This document shows, piece after piece, positions 38,211 to 48,110 of a stretch of 64,000 nucleotides of DNA (positions are counted from its first letter, which is position 1; every line of letters begins with the position of its first letter). A model generated the notes under the pieces. That model was not told the DNA's origin, ran no database searches, and saw only the letters and a list, made by a program, of their open reading frames with translations. The stretch is from positions 23,377-87,376 of the forward strand of contig JAZMZG010000017.1 in the NCBI GenBank assembly GCA_045585835.1. Reading direction: 5' to 3'. The position numbers and the translations under genes are program-made. This DNA is from Eubacteriales bacterium (lineage in GTDB: Bacteria; Bacillota; Clostridia; Oscillospirales; CAG-272).

Positions 38211-38814
38211 AGCTTTTTACAAAATCCGCTATTATCTGTGCCGCTTTATCGGCGGACATCGTACTGCTGTCAATGCATAAATGGTAATTTTGAACCTCTC
38301 CCCACTTTGAAGAGGTGTTGCTCTTATAAAATGTCGCTCTCGCTTTGTCGGCTTTTACAACCTTATCCTTCGCCTTATCAAAGCTGATTGCATACTCGCT
38401 TGCTATTCTGCGCGCTCTGTACTCGATGGGTGCGTGTATAAATATACGTACGTTTTCGGATAGCTCTCTCAAAATATCGTCGGCACAGCGTCCGATAATT
38501 ACGCAAGAGGATTCGGCAAGGCGCTCTATGACTTGCTTTTGTGCTACATAAAGTCTATCGTTTATCGATAGACTTTCGCCCGAAAAAACCGAATGTCCCA
38601 CGTTGCTTGCGCCGGTCACGATGGAATAAAGAAGGCTTCCGATAGGTTTCTCGTCAACACTTCCCGCAACGTGATAGTCTATCCCGCTTTCCTTTGCGGC
38701 AAGTAAAAGAAGCTCTTTATCGTAAAAATGGATCCCGAGAAGCTCTGCGAGCTTCTTTCCGATCTCACGTGCGCCTGCCCCATACTGTCTTCCTATAGCT
38801 ATTACAGGATTCAT
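38179..38814 (-). CDS. Cytidylate kinase-like family protein
   Basis: MNPVIAIGRQYGAGAREIGKKLAELLGIHFYDKELL (P-loop-like). 211 aa. Confidence 0.7.
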   Translation of the reverse strand: MNPVIAIGRQYGAGAREIGKKLAELLGIHFYDKELLLLAAKESGIDYHVAGSVDEKPIGSLLYSIVTGASNVGHSVFSGESLSINDRLYVAQKQVIERLAESSCVIIGRCADDILRELSENVRIFIHAPIEYRARRIASEYAISFDKAKDKVVKADKARATFYKSNTSSKWGEVQNYHLCIDSSTMSADKAAQIIADFVKSYVESKENGLR

Positions 38815-38823
38815 CTGATTACC

Positions 38824-39366
38824 TCACTGTTGATTTTCGCAAACTATCAGCACCTCATCCCCTCCGTCAAGAGCGGAAACGCACACGCATATCCTCTCTT
38901 TCTTTGACGTAGGAACGTTTTTGCCAACGTAATCGCCCCTAATGGGAAGCTCTCTGTGCCCCCGGTCTATTAAAACCGCAAGCTGTATCTTCGAGGGTCT
39001 GCCCAAAGCAAGCACCGCTTCCATCGCCGCTCTTGCTGTCCTTCCCGTATAGATAACATCATCAACCAAAACAATGACCTTGTCCTTTACAAAAAAGTCT
39101 ATCTTGGTGTCACTGACCACGGGCTGTTCGGAGGACGAGGAAATATCGTCTCTGTACAGGGTTATGTCAAGTTCTCCGACGGGAACGTCCACACCGTAAA
39201 ATTTCTTGATATTCTCCGCAATATCGGCGGCAATATACACGCCTCTGCGCTTTATGCCCACGATGCACAGCTTATCGCTTTCGTCGGAGTTGCGCTCCAT
39301 TATCTCGTGGGATATTCTCGTTATCGAACGGGACTTTGCCGCGCCATCCATTATCGTCTTTCTCAT
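38824..39366 (-). CDS. pyrR: Bifunctional pyrimidine operon regulator / uracil phosphoribosyltransferase PyrR
   Basis: LCIVGIKRRGVYIA...VIVLVDDVIYTGRTARAAMEAV...LAVLIDRGHRELPIRGDYVGKNVPTS. ATGA overlap with ppa. Confidence 0.88.
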   Translation of the reverse strand: MRKTIMDGAAKSRSITRISHEIMERNSDESDKLCIVGIKRRGVYIAADIAENIKKFYGVDVPVGELDITLYRDDISSSSEQPVVSDTKIDFFVKDKVIVLVDDVIYTGRTARAAMEAVLALGRPSKIQLAVLIDRGHRELPIRGDYVGKNVPTSKKERICVCVSALDGGDEVLIVCENQQ

Positions 39367-39920
39367 ATTTCCGTTTCTATTTCTTTGCCGATGCAAAAAT
39401 ACTTCACGTAGTTTTCAATACAATGCTCGATGACCTCAAGCGCCTTTTCTCTTCCCTGTACGTTATCAACTTTCGTTTCCTTGCCCTCAAGTGCCTTGTA
39501 CACCTTGAAAAAGTGTGTCATCTCCTCGAAAATATGTATCGGTATATCGCTTATGTCCTTATACATATTGTAGTTGGGGTCGTTAAAGGGAATTGCAATT
39601 ATCTTCTCATCGGACTTTCCGCTGTCAATCATCGAAATTACACCTATGGGATAGCTCCTTACAAGTGTGAGCGGTGCTATTGCTTCACTGCAAAGTAAAA
39701 GCACGTCAAGCGGATCTCCGTCATCACCGTAGGTGCGGGGGATAAATCCGTAATTTGCGGGATAGTGCGTTGACGTGTGAAGAACGCGGTCAAGCATTAT
39801 GTAGCCCGTTTCCTTGTCAAGCTCATACTTATTTTTTCCGCCCTTGGATATCTCTATGACTGAAATAAAGTCCTCGGCGGTTATACGTCTGGGGTTTATA
39901 TCGTGCCATATACACTGCAT
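39363..39920 (-). CDS. ppa: Inorganic pyrophosphatase (family I)
   Basis: VIEISKGGKNKYELDKETGYIMLDRVLHTSTHYPANYGFIPRTYGDDGDPLDVLLL. Confidence 0.9.
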   Translation of the reverse strand: MQCIWHDINPRRITAEDFISVIEISKGGKNKYELDKETGYIMLDRVLHTSTHYPANYGFIPRTYGDDGDPLDVLLLCSEAIAPLTLVRSYPIGVISMIDSGKSDEKIIAIPFNDPNYNMYKDISDIPIHIFEEMTHFFKVYKALEGKETKVDNVQGREKALEVIEHCIENYVKYFCIGKEIETEI

Positions 39921-40097
39921 AGGTCACTCTCTCCTTAAATGTTTTTCGTTTGCTTTTTTAAGAAATAAAAATATACATATAACATTTTATCATAATAAAA
40001 TACAAAAATCAAGAGCAGTACGTGCGTAACGAGAAAATTGTTTGTGAAAATATAATGTTTTTTCTATCTATTTTAAGCAATTTATACTCATTTTTAC

Positions 40098-40126
40098 TTG
40101 ACAAATAAGCGCACGTGATATATACT
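40098..40126 (+). promoter_or_regulatory. Sigma-A promoter of ileS
   Basis: TTGACA, 17-nt spacer, TATACT. Confidence 0.5.
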
Positions 40127-40165
40127 TTTTTCTGTATGGATATATTACTTTGAAAGGTGAAGAAT

Positions 40166-43100
40166 ATGTTTGAAAAAGTATCGGGCTCACTCGACTTCGT
40201 AACGAGAGAGCAAGAAGTAACGAGATTTTGGAACGATAACAAGATCTTCGAGAAAACTATGAGTGCAAGAGAAGGCTGCGAATGCTTTACCTTCTATGAC
40301 GGCCCTCCCACCGCAAACGGCAAGCCTCATATAGGACACGTTTTGACTCGTGTTATCAAAGACCTTATTCCCCGTTATCAGACGATGAAGGGCAAGAAGG
40401 TGCTTCGCAAGGCGGGTTGGGATACTCACGGACTTCCCGTAGAGCTTGAAGTCGAAAAGCTTATAGGTATTTCCGGAAAGCCCCAAATAGAAAAATACGG
40501 CGTAGAGGCTTTCTGTAATCTCTGCAAGGAGAGCGTTTGGAAATACACTACCGAATGGAAGATAATGAGTGACAAGGTTGCATATTGGGTAGATATGGAC
40601 AACCCCTACGTAACCTATCACAACGACTATATCGAATCGGAATGGTGGGCATTAAAGCAAATTGCCGAAAAAGACCTTCTTTACAAGGGGCACAAGATAG
40701 TTCCCTACTGCCCCCGTTGCGGCACCTCCCTCTCAAGCCACGAGGTCGCTCAAGGATATAAGGACGTAAAGGAAACCTCCGCTATCGCACGCTTTGCGCT
40801 TGATGGTGAGGAGAATACCTATTTCCTTGCTTGGACGACGACTCCTTGGACTTTACCCTCCAACGTATCCTTGGCAGTTAACCCCCGCGAAACTTACGTT
40901 AAGGTAAAGTGTGCAGACGAATATCTTATTTTGGCAGAAGCGCTTACGAGCGTTCTCGACGAGGAATTCGAAATCGTAGAATCCTACGTCGGTAAAGACC
41001 TCGAATTTAAAGAGTACGTTCCTCTATTCGACTTCGCACATCCCAAGAAAAAGTGCCACTACGTGACCTGCGCAGACTACGTTACGCTTACGGACGGTAC
41101 GGGTATTGTACATATCGCACCCGCTTTCGGTGAAGACGACGCAGAGGTCGGCAGACGCTATGGCCTTCCCTTCGTTCAGCTCGTTGACGAAACGGGTAAA
41201 ATGACCGCAGAGTGCAAAGAGTTTGCGGGCCTTTTCGTAAAAGATGCGGATAAGCCCATTTTGAAGGACCTCAAGGAAAGAGGACTTCTCTTCAAGGCTC
41301 TTCCCTTTGAGCACAGCTATCCTTTCTGTTGGAGATGTGATACTCCCCTCATCTACTACGCAAGAGATACTTGGTTTGTCAAGATGACGGCTCTTCGCGA
41401 CAGACTTATTGCAAACAACAACTCCATAAATTGGATCCCCGAAAATATCAAAGCGGGCAGAATGGGTAACTTCCTCGAAAACGTCGTTGACTGGGGTCTT
41501 TCCCGTTCAAGATATTGGGGCACTCCCCTTCCCGTATGGGAATGCGAGGATTGCGGACACTTCCACGTTATCGGCTCCATCGAAGAGCTCAAGAAACTCG
41601 GAAATGACGTTCCCGATGATATAGAGCTTCATAAGTGCTACGTTGACAAGATAACCATAAAGTGTGACAAGTGCGGCAAAGAAATGCACAGAGTTCCCGA
41701 CGTTATCGACTGCTGGTTTGACAGCGGCTCGATGCCCTTTGCACAGTGGCACTACCCCTTTGAAAACAAAGAAATATTCGAAGAAAACTTCCCCGCAAAC
41801 TTTATCTCTGAAGCTATCGACCAGACGAGAGGTTGGTTCTATACGCTCCTTGCAATATCCACGCTTTTGTTTGACAAGGCTCCCTTCAAGAACTGCATAG
41901 TTCTCGGACACGTAAACGATAAAGACGGCATTAAGATGTCCAAGCACAAGGGCAACGTTATAGCTCCCGACGTCGTTTTGGATAAGCAGGGTGCGGATGC
42001 GGTAAGATGGTATTTCTACTCCGCAAGTGCTCCTTGGCTTCCGAGCAGATTCTCACCCGAGGCTGTAGGCGAAAGCCAAAGAAAGTTCCTTGGAACTCTT
42101 TGGAATACGTATTCGTTCTTCGTATTATACGCAAACATCGACAATTTCGACCCCACCGCTTATACGCTTGATTACGGCAAGCTATCCGTAATGGATAAGT
42201 GGGTGCTCTCAAAGCTCAACACTCTCGTTGCTACAGTTGACGATAATCTTGCAAAATACAAGATAACCGAGTCCGCAAGAGCTATCCAAGAATTCACGGA
42301 CGAGCTTTCCAATTGGTATATCCGCCGCGGCAGAGAGAGATTCTGGGCAAGCGGAATGGAGCAAGACAAGATAAACGCATATATGACGCTTTACACGGTA
42401 CTTGTCACTATGTCCAAGCTCTGTGCTCCCTTTATTCCCTTTATGGCAGAGCAGATATACAGAAACCTCGTTTTGTCCGTAGACAAGAATGCTCCCGAAA
42501 GCGTACACCTTTGCGACTATCCCGTATCTTGTGAAGATATGATAGACGCAAACATCGAATACAATATGGATAAGGTGGTAAATGCCGTCGTTTTGGGACG
42601 TGCTTGCCGTAACGGTGCAAACGTCAAAAACCGTCAGCCCATCGCTAAAATGTACGTTGAATACGAGGGCGACGACCTTCCCGAAAGCTATATGCAGCTT
42701 ATCGCAGAGGAGCTTAACGCAAAGGCTTGCGAAAGAACATACGACAGCTCGAAGTTTGTAGGTTATAAGTTCAAGCCGCAGCTTAAAACGCTCGGTAGAA
42801 GATACGGAAAGCTCATTCCCGCAATAAGCGCACACCTTTCCGCTATCACCGACGGTCACGCCGTCATGGATGCGGTAAAGGACGGCGGTACGTATAACTT
42901 TGAGGTAGACGGCGAAAAGATAAGCCTTGAAAAAGAAGATTTGCTTATCGAAACCGTAAAAGACAGCGGCTTTGTCAGCGAAAGCGACAAGGGAATCACC
43001 GTAGTCCTTGACGTAAATCTCACCCCCGAGCTTATCGACGAGGGCTTTGTAAGAGAAATAGTCAACAAGCTCCAAACTATGCGTAAGGAAGCCGGCTTTG

Positions 43101-43288
43101 AGGTTATGGACCATATCAAAGTAAGCTACGGCGCAAGCGCTGCAGTTGAGAGGATACTTGACATATTCGGTGCCGATATCGCATCGGACGTACTTGCCGA
43201 AAGCGTTGAAAAGACTACTCCCTACGGCTACGTTAAGGAGTGGGACATCAATGGCGAAAAAGCTACCTTCGGCGTAGAAAGAATATAA
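40166..43288 (+). CDS. ileS: Isoleucyl-tRNA synthetase (type 2, long form)
   Basis: FYDGPPTANGKPHIGHVLTR (HIGH motif) and KMSKHKGN (KMSKS motif). AAAGGTGA RBS before ATG 40166. The track start at 40157 is a GTG inside the RBS. Confidence 0.95.
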   Translation: MFEKVSGSLDFVTREQEVTRFWNDNKIFEKTMSAREGCECFTFYDGPPTANGKPHIGHVLTRVIKDLIPRYQTMKGKKVLRKAGWDTHGLPVELEVEKLIGISGKPQIEKYGVEAFCNLCKESVWKYTTEWKIMSDKVAYWVDMDNPYVTYHNDYIESEWWALKQIAEKDLLYKGHKIVPYCPRCGTSLSSHEVAQGYKDVKETSAIARFALDGEENTYFLAWTTTPWTLPSNVSLAVNPRETYVKVKCADEYLILAEALTSVLDEEFEIVESYVGKDLEFKEYVPLFDFAHPKKKCHYVTCADYVTLTDGTGIVHIAPAFGEDDAEVGRRYGLPFVQLVDETGKMTAECKEFAGLFVKDADKPILKDLKERGLLFKALPFEHSYPFCWRCDTPLIYYARDTWFVKMTALRDRLIANNNSINWIPENIKAGRMGNFLENVVDWGLSRSRYWGTPLPVWECEDCGHFHVIGSIEELKKLGNDVPDDIELHKCYVDKITIKCDKCGKEMHRVPDVIDCWFDSGSMPFAQWHYPFENKEIFEENFPANFISEAIDQTRGWFYTLLAISTLLFDKAPFKNCIVLGHVNDKDGIKMSKHKGNVIAPDVVLDKQGADAVRWYFYSASAPWLPSRFSPEAVGESQRKFLGTLWNTYSFFVLYANIDNFDPTAYTLDYGKLSVMDKWVLSKLNTLVATVDDNLAKYKITESARAIQEFTDELSNWYIRRGRERFWASGMEQDKINAYMTLYTVLVTMSKLCAPFIPFMAEQIYRNLVLSVDKNAPESVHLCDYPVSCEDMIDANIEYNMDKVVNAVVLGRACRNGANVKNRQPIAKMYVEYEGDDLPESYMQLIAEELNAKACERTYDSSKFVGYKFKPQLKTLGRRYGKLIPAISAHLSAITDGHAVMDAVKDGGTYNFEVDGEKISLEKEDLLIETVKDSGFVSESDKGITVVLDVNLTPELIDEGFVREIVNKLQTMRKEAGFEVMDHIKVSYGASAAVERILDIFGADIASDVLAESVEKTTPYGYVKEWDINGEKATFGVERI

Positions 43289-43291
43289 ATC

Positions 43292-43327
43292 AAAAAGCGT
43301 TGTGTCGTATTGACACAACGCTTTTTT
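43292..43327. terminator. Bidirectional terminator after ileS
   Basis: aaaaagcgttgtgtc gtattg acacaacgcttttt. Confidence 0.8.
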
Positions 43328-43343
43328 GTATAGGAATCACTTT

Positions 43344-44214
43344 TTACAATTCGGTCTTTTGCGCACCTACATTTACAAATTGATTAGCGCCCTTTGTAAT
43401 TGTGAACGTAGTGGAATTTTCACCGCATGGCATCTGAGGTCTTTCTCCGCCCGAAAATTTATCGTTTGGTCTTTTGGGACGCTCCATACCCTCGGGGAAT
43501 TCGGGTAAAGTTCCTTGCTCTGTGTCGGGCATATCGGGACGCATTTCACCGTTCATTGTCCCTTGCATATGCTGTGTTTTACTTCCTGCAAGTTGGCTTT
43601 CACCTTTCCAAAACGTATAGCCAACGGGCATAAATTCGTCTCCCGCCACAATGACATAAGTGAATGCATTGGTCGGTGTGTATTCCGCTACTGTTTTGAC
43701 TTCGGCATTTTTCGTGTCAACGCATTTTGTTGTCGTTTCTTCTTTTCTGATTGCGCATTCGCAAACATTATAGAATATGATTGCGGGTGCTACGGTACAC
43801 GTAACATCGACGTTATTAAGAATGAGTGTAAGCACTGCATCGGGGTCTTTCTTTGCGTCTTTGTCAAGGTCAACGGCAATTTGTCCAAGCGGAAATTTAC
43901 CGCTTAAAACGTATCTGCCCGATTTAGTGATGTGTACAACAGTGTGTGTATCTGCTTCACTTTGTTCGTGTTCATCTTTTTCACCCTCACCGTAAGTGAA
44001 ATCTTGGCCGGCAAGATAAAATATAATATCCTTTGCAAAATAAACGGCTTGTGTGTCATCGGCTGTAATCTATTTCTCGTCAACTGTAATTTGATTGTCG
44101 GAAAAATTGATTTGCGTACTTTCGATTTCAATGTCTTCATTCTTATTCTCGGTGGATTGACATCCCGAAAGTAAAAAAAACATCATTATCAAACACGATA
44201 ATACTTTTTTTCAT
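43344..44214 (-). pseudogene. Disrupted Cthe_2159-like (carbohydrate-binding beta-helix family) lipoprotein gene
   Basis: ATG 44214 with a GAGGTG RBS. The A7 tract (44205-44211) puts the start out of frame. With A6 it would read MKKVLSCLIMMFFLLSGCQSTENK (lipobox). The same frame has TAG at 44070-44072 and continues into the track ORF 43344-43835 (...HITKSGRYVLSGKFPLGQIAVDLD...LILNNVDVTCTVAPAIIFYNV...FTITKGANQF). Confidence 0.65.
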
Positions 44215-44350
44215 ATTACACCTCTGAAAACTTTAATTTACGTTTAGTATAGAACATAAAAAAATAATTGAATGTAAAAAAATTTCCGCCGAATAGTCGG
44301 CGGAATATAAATTATTGGTAAAATATGGCGCAAAAAAACGAGTGGGCATT

Positions 44351-44818
44351 CTAAAGCTCGCATATATTCATTTTTATGCCTTTGGCACTTATTTCGCCCA
44401 AAGCGTAGGTTTTGAGTCTTTCCTCTGTGCGAGGTTTTGATATACTGCCCGGATTTATCACCCTAACGCCTTCTATGACGGTATCAAGCGGCACGTGAGT
44501 GTGTCCGAAAAACGCAAGGCTGCAGCCGTTTGCTTTTGCCTCGTGCGCTACCGCCCTCTCGTCGCCGTAAAGGGCGTTGCCGTGGCAGATATATACGTAT
44601 ACACCGTCTATCTCGGTCACCGTCACATACGGCACGCTCGGGAAGATGTCACAGTTCCCCGCAACACTTATAAGCGGCTTGGAGTAAAGCTGTGCTACGT
44701 TTGACGCATCTCTTGAAACGTCGCCGAGGTGGATAATAAGCTCCGCTCTTTCCCTCTCCAAAGCACTTTTCATACCGTCTACGTTACCGTGGGAATCCGA
44801 AAATACTATAACTCTCAT
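44351..44818 (-). CDS. YfcE/MJ0936-family metallophosphoesterase
   Basis: MRVIVFSDSHGN...IHLGDV...GNCD...GHTH. Confidence 0.85.
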   Translation of the reverse strand: MRVIVFSDSHGNVDGMKSALERERAELIIHLGDVSRDASNVAQLYSKPLISVAGNCDIFPSVPYVTVTEIDGVYVYICHGNALYGDERAVAHEAKANGCSLAFFGHTHVPLDTVIEGVRVINPGSISKPRTEERLKTYALGEISAKGIKMNICEL

Positions 44819-45825
44819 CTTTTGGGCTGATAGAAACCTACCTTCTTGTATACCTTATTTATCATCTTGCTTGTGATATATTCAGCCTTCTGTGCACCGT
44901 CGATGCATATTGCATCAAGCTGTGCCTTATCGGAAAGATAGGTGTTATATTTTTCCTGTATCTTGCCTACTACGTCTGCGCACGCCTCGCCTACAGCAAG
45001 CTTAAAGTCGCCGTATCCGATACCCGCAAATTCCTTTACTATCTCATCGTCTGTCTTACCCGTAAGGCAGGAATAAATATTCATAAGGTTACCGATACCC
45101 TCCTTGCCCTCTCCTCTGCAAACGACCGTGTCGCTATCGGTCACGGCACGCTTAAACTTACGGATAATGGTATCCTTATCGTCAAGCAGTGAGATAAACG
45201 AATTAACGTTTTCGTCGGACTTGCTCATCTTCTTGGTGGGGTCTGCAAGAGAGCATATCTTTCCGCCCTCCTTCTGCACGTATGCTTCGGGTACGGTGAA
45301 CACGTCGCCGTATACGGAATTAAAGCGATTTGCAATATCACGGGTGAGTTCAAGGTGCTGTATCTGGTCGATTCCTACGGGTACGAGATCCGCTTTTGCA
45401 ACGAGTATATCAGCCGCCATCAAAACGGGGTACGTGAAAAGGCCTGCGTTTATATTATCAGCGTGCGAGCGGGATTTATCCTTAAACTGCGTCATTCTCG
45501 AAAGCTCACCGAACATAGTATAGCAACCGAGCACCCACGAAAGCTGTGCGTGTGCGGGTACCATACTTTGAATGTAAAGAAGGCTCTTGTCGGGAGTTAT
45601 GCCGCAAGCCATATAAAGAGCAATAAGCTCAAGACATCTTCTTCGAAGCTCTGCGGGCGTTTGGCGCACGGTGATGGCGTGCATATCCACCACGCAAAAC
45701 ATACAGTCATAGTCGTCCTGAAGCTTCTGCCAATTTTTCAAAGCTCCGAGGTAGTTACCGATAGTGAGTATTCCGCTGGGCTGTGCGCCCGAAAATATCC
45801 TCTTTTTTGCTTCTGTGTTTTCCAT
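44815..45825 (-). CDS. trpS: Tryptophanyl-tRNA synthetase
   Basis: IFSGAQPSGILTIGNYLGAL (HIGH-like motif) and KMSKSD (KMSKS motif). Confidence 0.93.
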   Translation of the reverse strand: MENTEAKKRIFSGAQPSGILTIGNYLGALKNWQKLQDDYDCMFCVVDMHAITVRQTPAELRRRCLELIALYMACGITPDKSLLYIQSMVPAHAQLSWVLGCYTMFGELSRMTQFKDKSRSHADNINAGLFTYPVLMAADILVAKADLVPVGIDQIQHLELTRDIANRFNSVYGDVFTVPEAYVQKEGGKICSLADPTKKMSKSDENVNSFISLLDDKDTIIRKFKRAVTDSDTVVCRGEGKEGIGNLMNIYSCLTGKTDDEIVKEFAGIGYGDFKLAVGEACADVVGKIQEKYNTYLSDKAQLDAICIDGAQKAEYITSKMINKVYKKVGFYQPKR

Positions 45826-45834
45826 TTGTTACTC

Positions 45835-47025
45835 CTATTTTACAAACTCTTTGAGCGTTTTTGCAAGTCTTGCGATACCCTCGACTATATTTTCGTCGGA
45901 TGGTGTTGAGTAGTTTATTCTGAAGCTGTGCGTTACGGCAGACGTATCGGGAAGGAAGGTCTTCCCCGTTACCACCGCCACCTTGTTTTCAAGGCAACGC
46001 TTACAAAATGCGTCAACGTCAACATATTCGGGCAAGGTGCACCAAATAAAGAGTCCGCCCTGTGGTCTTGTGTAGCTGACAGCCTCGGGGAAGCTCTTAT
46101 CCATCTCGGAAAGCATAAGGTTACACTTGCGGCGGTAAAGCTTCTTTATTCCCTCGATATGTGCATCGAAATCATAGTTTTCCAAATATTTATCAATAAG
46201 CATTTGGAAGAAAAGGTTTGTATGTACGTCCGCAACCTGCTTGCAAACGACCATCTTCTGACTTATTTCATCGGGGGCACATACGAAGCCTACGCGCATA
46301 CCCGAAGAAAGAGTTTTCGAAAACGAGCCGCAGTATATGACGATTCCCTCCGTGTCCATACTCTTTATCGTTGCTACGTCTTCGCCGTCAAAGCGAAGCT
46401 CGCCGTAGGGATTGTCCTCAAGTATCACGATACCGTTTTTCTTGCATATCTCGTAAACTCTTTCTCGTCTTTCGGCACTAAGAGTTACGCCCATCGGGTT
46501 TTGGAACGTGGGAATCGTATAAAGCACCTTGGCGTTTTTGTTGTCGGCTATTGCCTTTTCCAAGGATTCGGGGATAAGGCCGTTTTCGTCCATATCAACA
46601 CCTACAAGCTTTACACCGTAGGAACGGAATGAATTTAAGGCGCCGATAAAGCTCGGGCACTCACAAAGCACGACGTCCCCCTCGTTACAAAGCACCTTAC
46701 AAGCAAGCTCAAGTCCCTGCTGACCGCCCGAAGTGACTGTGACCGTATCAAAATCACGGCCCACGTTAAACTTGGTTTTAAGTCTTTTTGCTATCTTCTC
46801 CCTGAGTGGCATATAGCCCTCGGTTATACCGTATTGGAGCGCTATGTTTGCTTCATTTTCAAATATTTGTGCAGAAAGCTTTGCAAACGCTTCTACGGGA
46901 AAGCTCTCGGGCGAGGGGTTTCCTGCCGAAAGCGCTATCATACCGGGTTGGGAAAGCACCTTGAACATCTCCCTTATAGCAGAGGGCTTTAAAGGTGCAA
47001 CTTTTTCGGAAAATTTATACTTCAT
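45835..47025 (-). CDS. Class I/II PLP-dependent aminotransferase
   Basis: MKYKFSEKVAPLKPSAIREMF...YCGSFSKTLSSGMRVGF (PLP-Lys region). It lies 9 nt upstream of trpS in the same operon. Confidence 0.8.
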   Translation of the reverse strand: MKYKFSEKVAPLKPSAIREMFKVLSQPGMIALSAGNPSPESFPVEAFAKLSAQIFENEANIALQYGITEGYMPLREKIAKRLKTKFNVGRDFDTVTVTSGGQQGLELACKVLCNEGDVVLCECPSFIGALNSFRSYGVKLVGVDMDENGLIPESLEKAIADNKNAKVLYTIPTFQNPMGVTLSAERRERVYEICKKNGIVILEDNPYGELRFDGEDVATIKSMDTEGIVIYCGSFSKTLSSGMRVGFVCAPDEISQKMVVCKQVADVHTNLFFQMLIDKYLENYDFDAHIEGIKKLYRRKCNLMLSEMDKSFPEAVSYTRPQGGLFIWCTLPEYVDVDAFCKRCLENKVAVVTGKTFLPDTSAVTHSFRINYSTPSDENIVEGIARLAKTLKEFVK

Positions 47026-47157
47026 ATCTGTAACCTTCTTTATTTTTTGCAATTTTTACATAATTAAATATTATCATATAACAAATGTATTTGGCAATAC
47101 TAAATACGAAAATTGTTGAGAAAAAACGATTTTCAATTTAAAGTTTTCGAGGATATT

Positions 47158-47439
47158 ATGAATAACGAAAGATCATACGAAAACGGAAGATACGTTTGGG
47201 CGGCTATTTTAATTATACTCGCGGTAGTTCTTGCTGCGGTCGCTTTTGTGACTTGGGTCATAAGAGCAGACGATGCGGGAAATAACGCAAGACTCGGTAA
47301 TACGGAAAACGGCATAACAAACGGCACTTTCGAACTCGCTGAGGGGCCTGTGGGATATGGCAACCGTGCATACGGAACCTACGATAATAACACAAACGAT
47401 ATGGGTGGTACGGTCGATAACACCTACACAGCGAAATAA
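47158..47439 (+). CDS. Small single-TM protein, unknown function
   Basis: MNNERSYENGRYVWAAILIILAVVLAAVAFVTWVI... GAGGA lies 4 nt upstream of ATG 47158. Confidence 0.45.
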   Translation: MNNERSYENGRYVWAAILIILAVVLAAVAFVTWVIRADDAGNNARLGNTENGITNGTFELAEGPVGYGNRAYGTYDNNTNDMGGTVDNTYTAK

Positions 47440-47444
47440 ATTTA

Positions 47445-47475
47445 AAATATCCCCTGACTGAGTCAGGGGATATTT
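47445..47475. terminator. Bidirectional terminator (membrane protein / rpsU)
   Basis: aaatatcccctgact/gagtcaggggatattt. Confidence 0.75.
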
Positions 47476-47481
47476 CGCTTT

Positions 47482-47658
47482 TTACTTAAACTTACGCTTT
47501 CTTGCTGCTTCGGACTTCTTCTTGCGCTTTACGCTGGGCTTCTCGTAGTGCTCTCTTTTACGGAGCTCGCTGAGAACGCCGCTCTTTGCGCACTGTCTCT
47601 TAAATCTTCTGAGAGCGCTGTCCAAAGACTCGTTTTCTTTTACTCTGATTTCTGCCAC
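47482..47658 (-). CDS. rpsU: 30S ribosomal protein S21
   Basis: GTG start at 47658 with GGGAGGG 7 nt upstream. (M)[47 protein letters not shown]. Confidence 0.9.
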   Translation of the reverse strand: MAEIRVKENESLDSALRRFKRQCAKSGVLSELRKREHYEKPSVKRKKKSEAARKRKFK

Positions 47659-47785
47659 TTTATATCCCTCCCTCCGCATTTGCAGGGGTAAATCTGTAAA
47701 TTTGTCCCATTAAAAGAACATAGGTATTCTATCACGTTTTTTATACTAAGTCAATATGTTTTTCAAACATTTTTTCATTTTTCTA

Positions 47786-47814
47786 TTGACATATCGGCAG
47801 TATTTAAGTATAAT
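47786..47814 (+). promoter_or_regulatory. Consensus sigma-A promoter of tRNA-Gln
   Basis: TTGACA, 17-nt spacer, TATAAT. Confidence 0.7.
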
Positions 47815-47833
47815 AGCACAGTACGGTGAATAT

Positions 47834-47909
47834 TGGGATGTAGCCAAGCGGCAAGGCATCAGACTTTGACTCTGACATTCCGATGGTTCGAGTCCATCCA
47901 TCCCAGCCA
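47834..47909 (+). tRNA. tRNA-Gln (anticodon TTG), CCA encoded
   Basis: tgggatgtagccaagcggcaaggcatcagactTTGactctgacattccgatggttcgagtccatccatcccagcca. Confidence 0.88.
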
Positions 47910-47942
47910 AAAATCCGAAAGCCTTTGCTTTCGGATTTTTTA
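47910..47942 (+). terminator. Terminator after tRNA-Gln
   Basis: tccgaaagc cttt gctttcgga followed by TTTTTT. Confidence 0.75.
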
Positions 47943-47966
47943 TTTGTGTCGCAGGCACAACATCAT

Positions 47967-48104
47967 TTGAGCTTTAGCTCAACTTCATCGCCGCTTTATG
48001 CGGCACAAATAAACGATGTTACGCCTAAGGCGTAAATGAAGTTGCACTTTGTGCAAATGAAGTGATGCTTCGCATCAATGAAGTTGCGCTTCGCGCAAAT
48101 GAAA
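47967..48104. repeat. Array of six short hairpins; the last three units form a 21-bp tandem repeat AATGAAGT + 13-nt palindrome
   Basis: ttgagct/agctcaa; gccgc tttat gcggc; tacgcc taa ggcgta; then aatgaagtTGCACtttGTGCA (48035), aatgaagtGATGCttcGCATC (48056), aatgaagtTGCGCttcGCGCA (48077), and aatgaaaa (48098). Confidence 0.7.
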
Positions 48105-48110
48105 ATAAAA

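Noticed and set aside
39921-40165. T-box leader expected upstream of ileS (and upstream of trpS at 45826)
   Set aside because: There is no GGGTGGTACCGCG-like T-box sequence or terminator. The region is AT-rich promoter DNA. trpS directly follows the aminotransferase gene.
42209-43318. 369-aa ORF antisense to the 3' part of ileS
   Set aside because: It lies entirely within ileS on the opposite strand. It has no RBS or recognisable motifs, and its composition is that of a mirror frame.
47967-48104. Possible CRISPR array
   Set aside because: The repeat period is only 21 bp and the units are contiguous with no unique spacers. There are no cas genes in the window.
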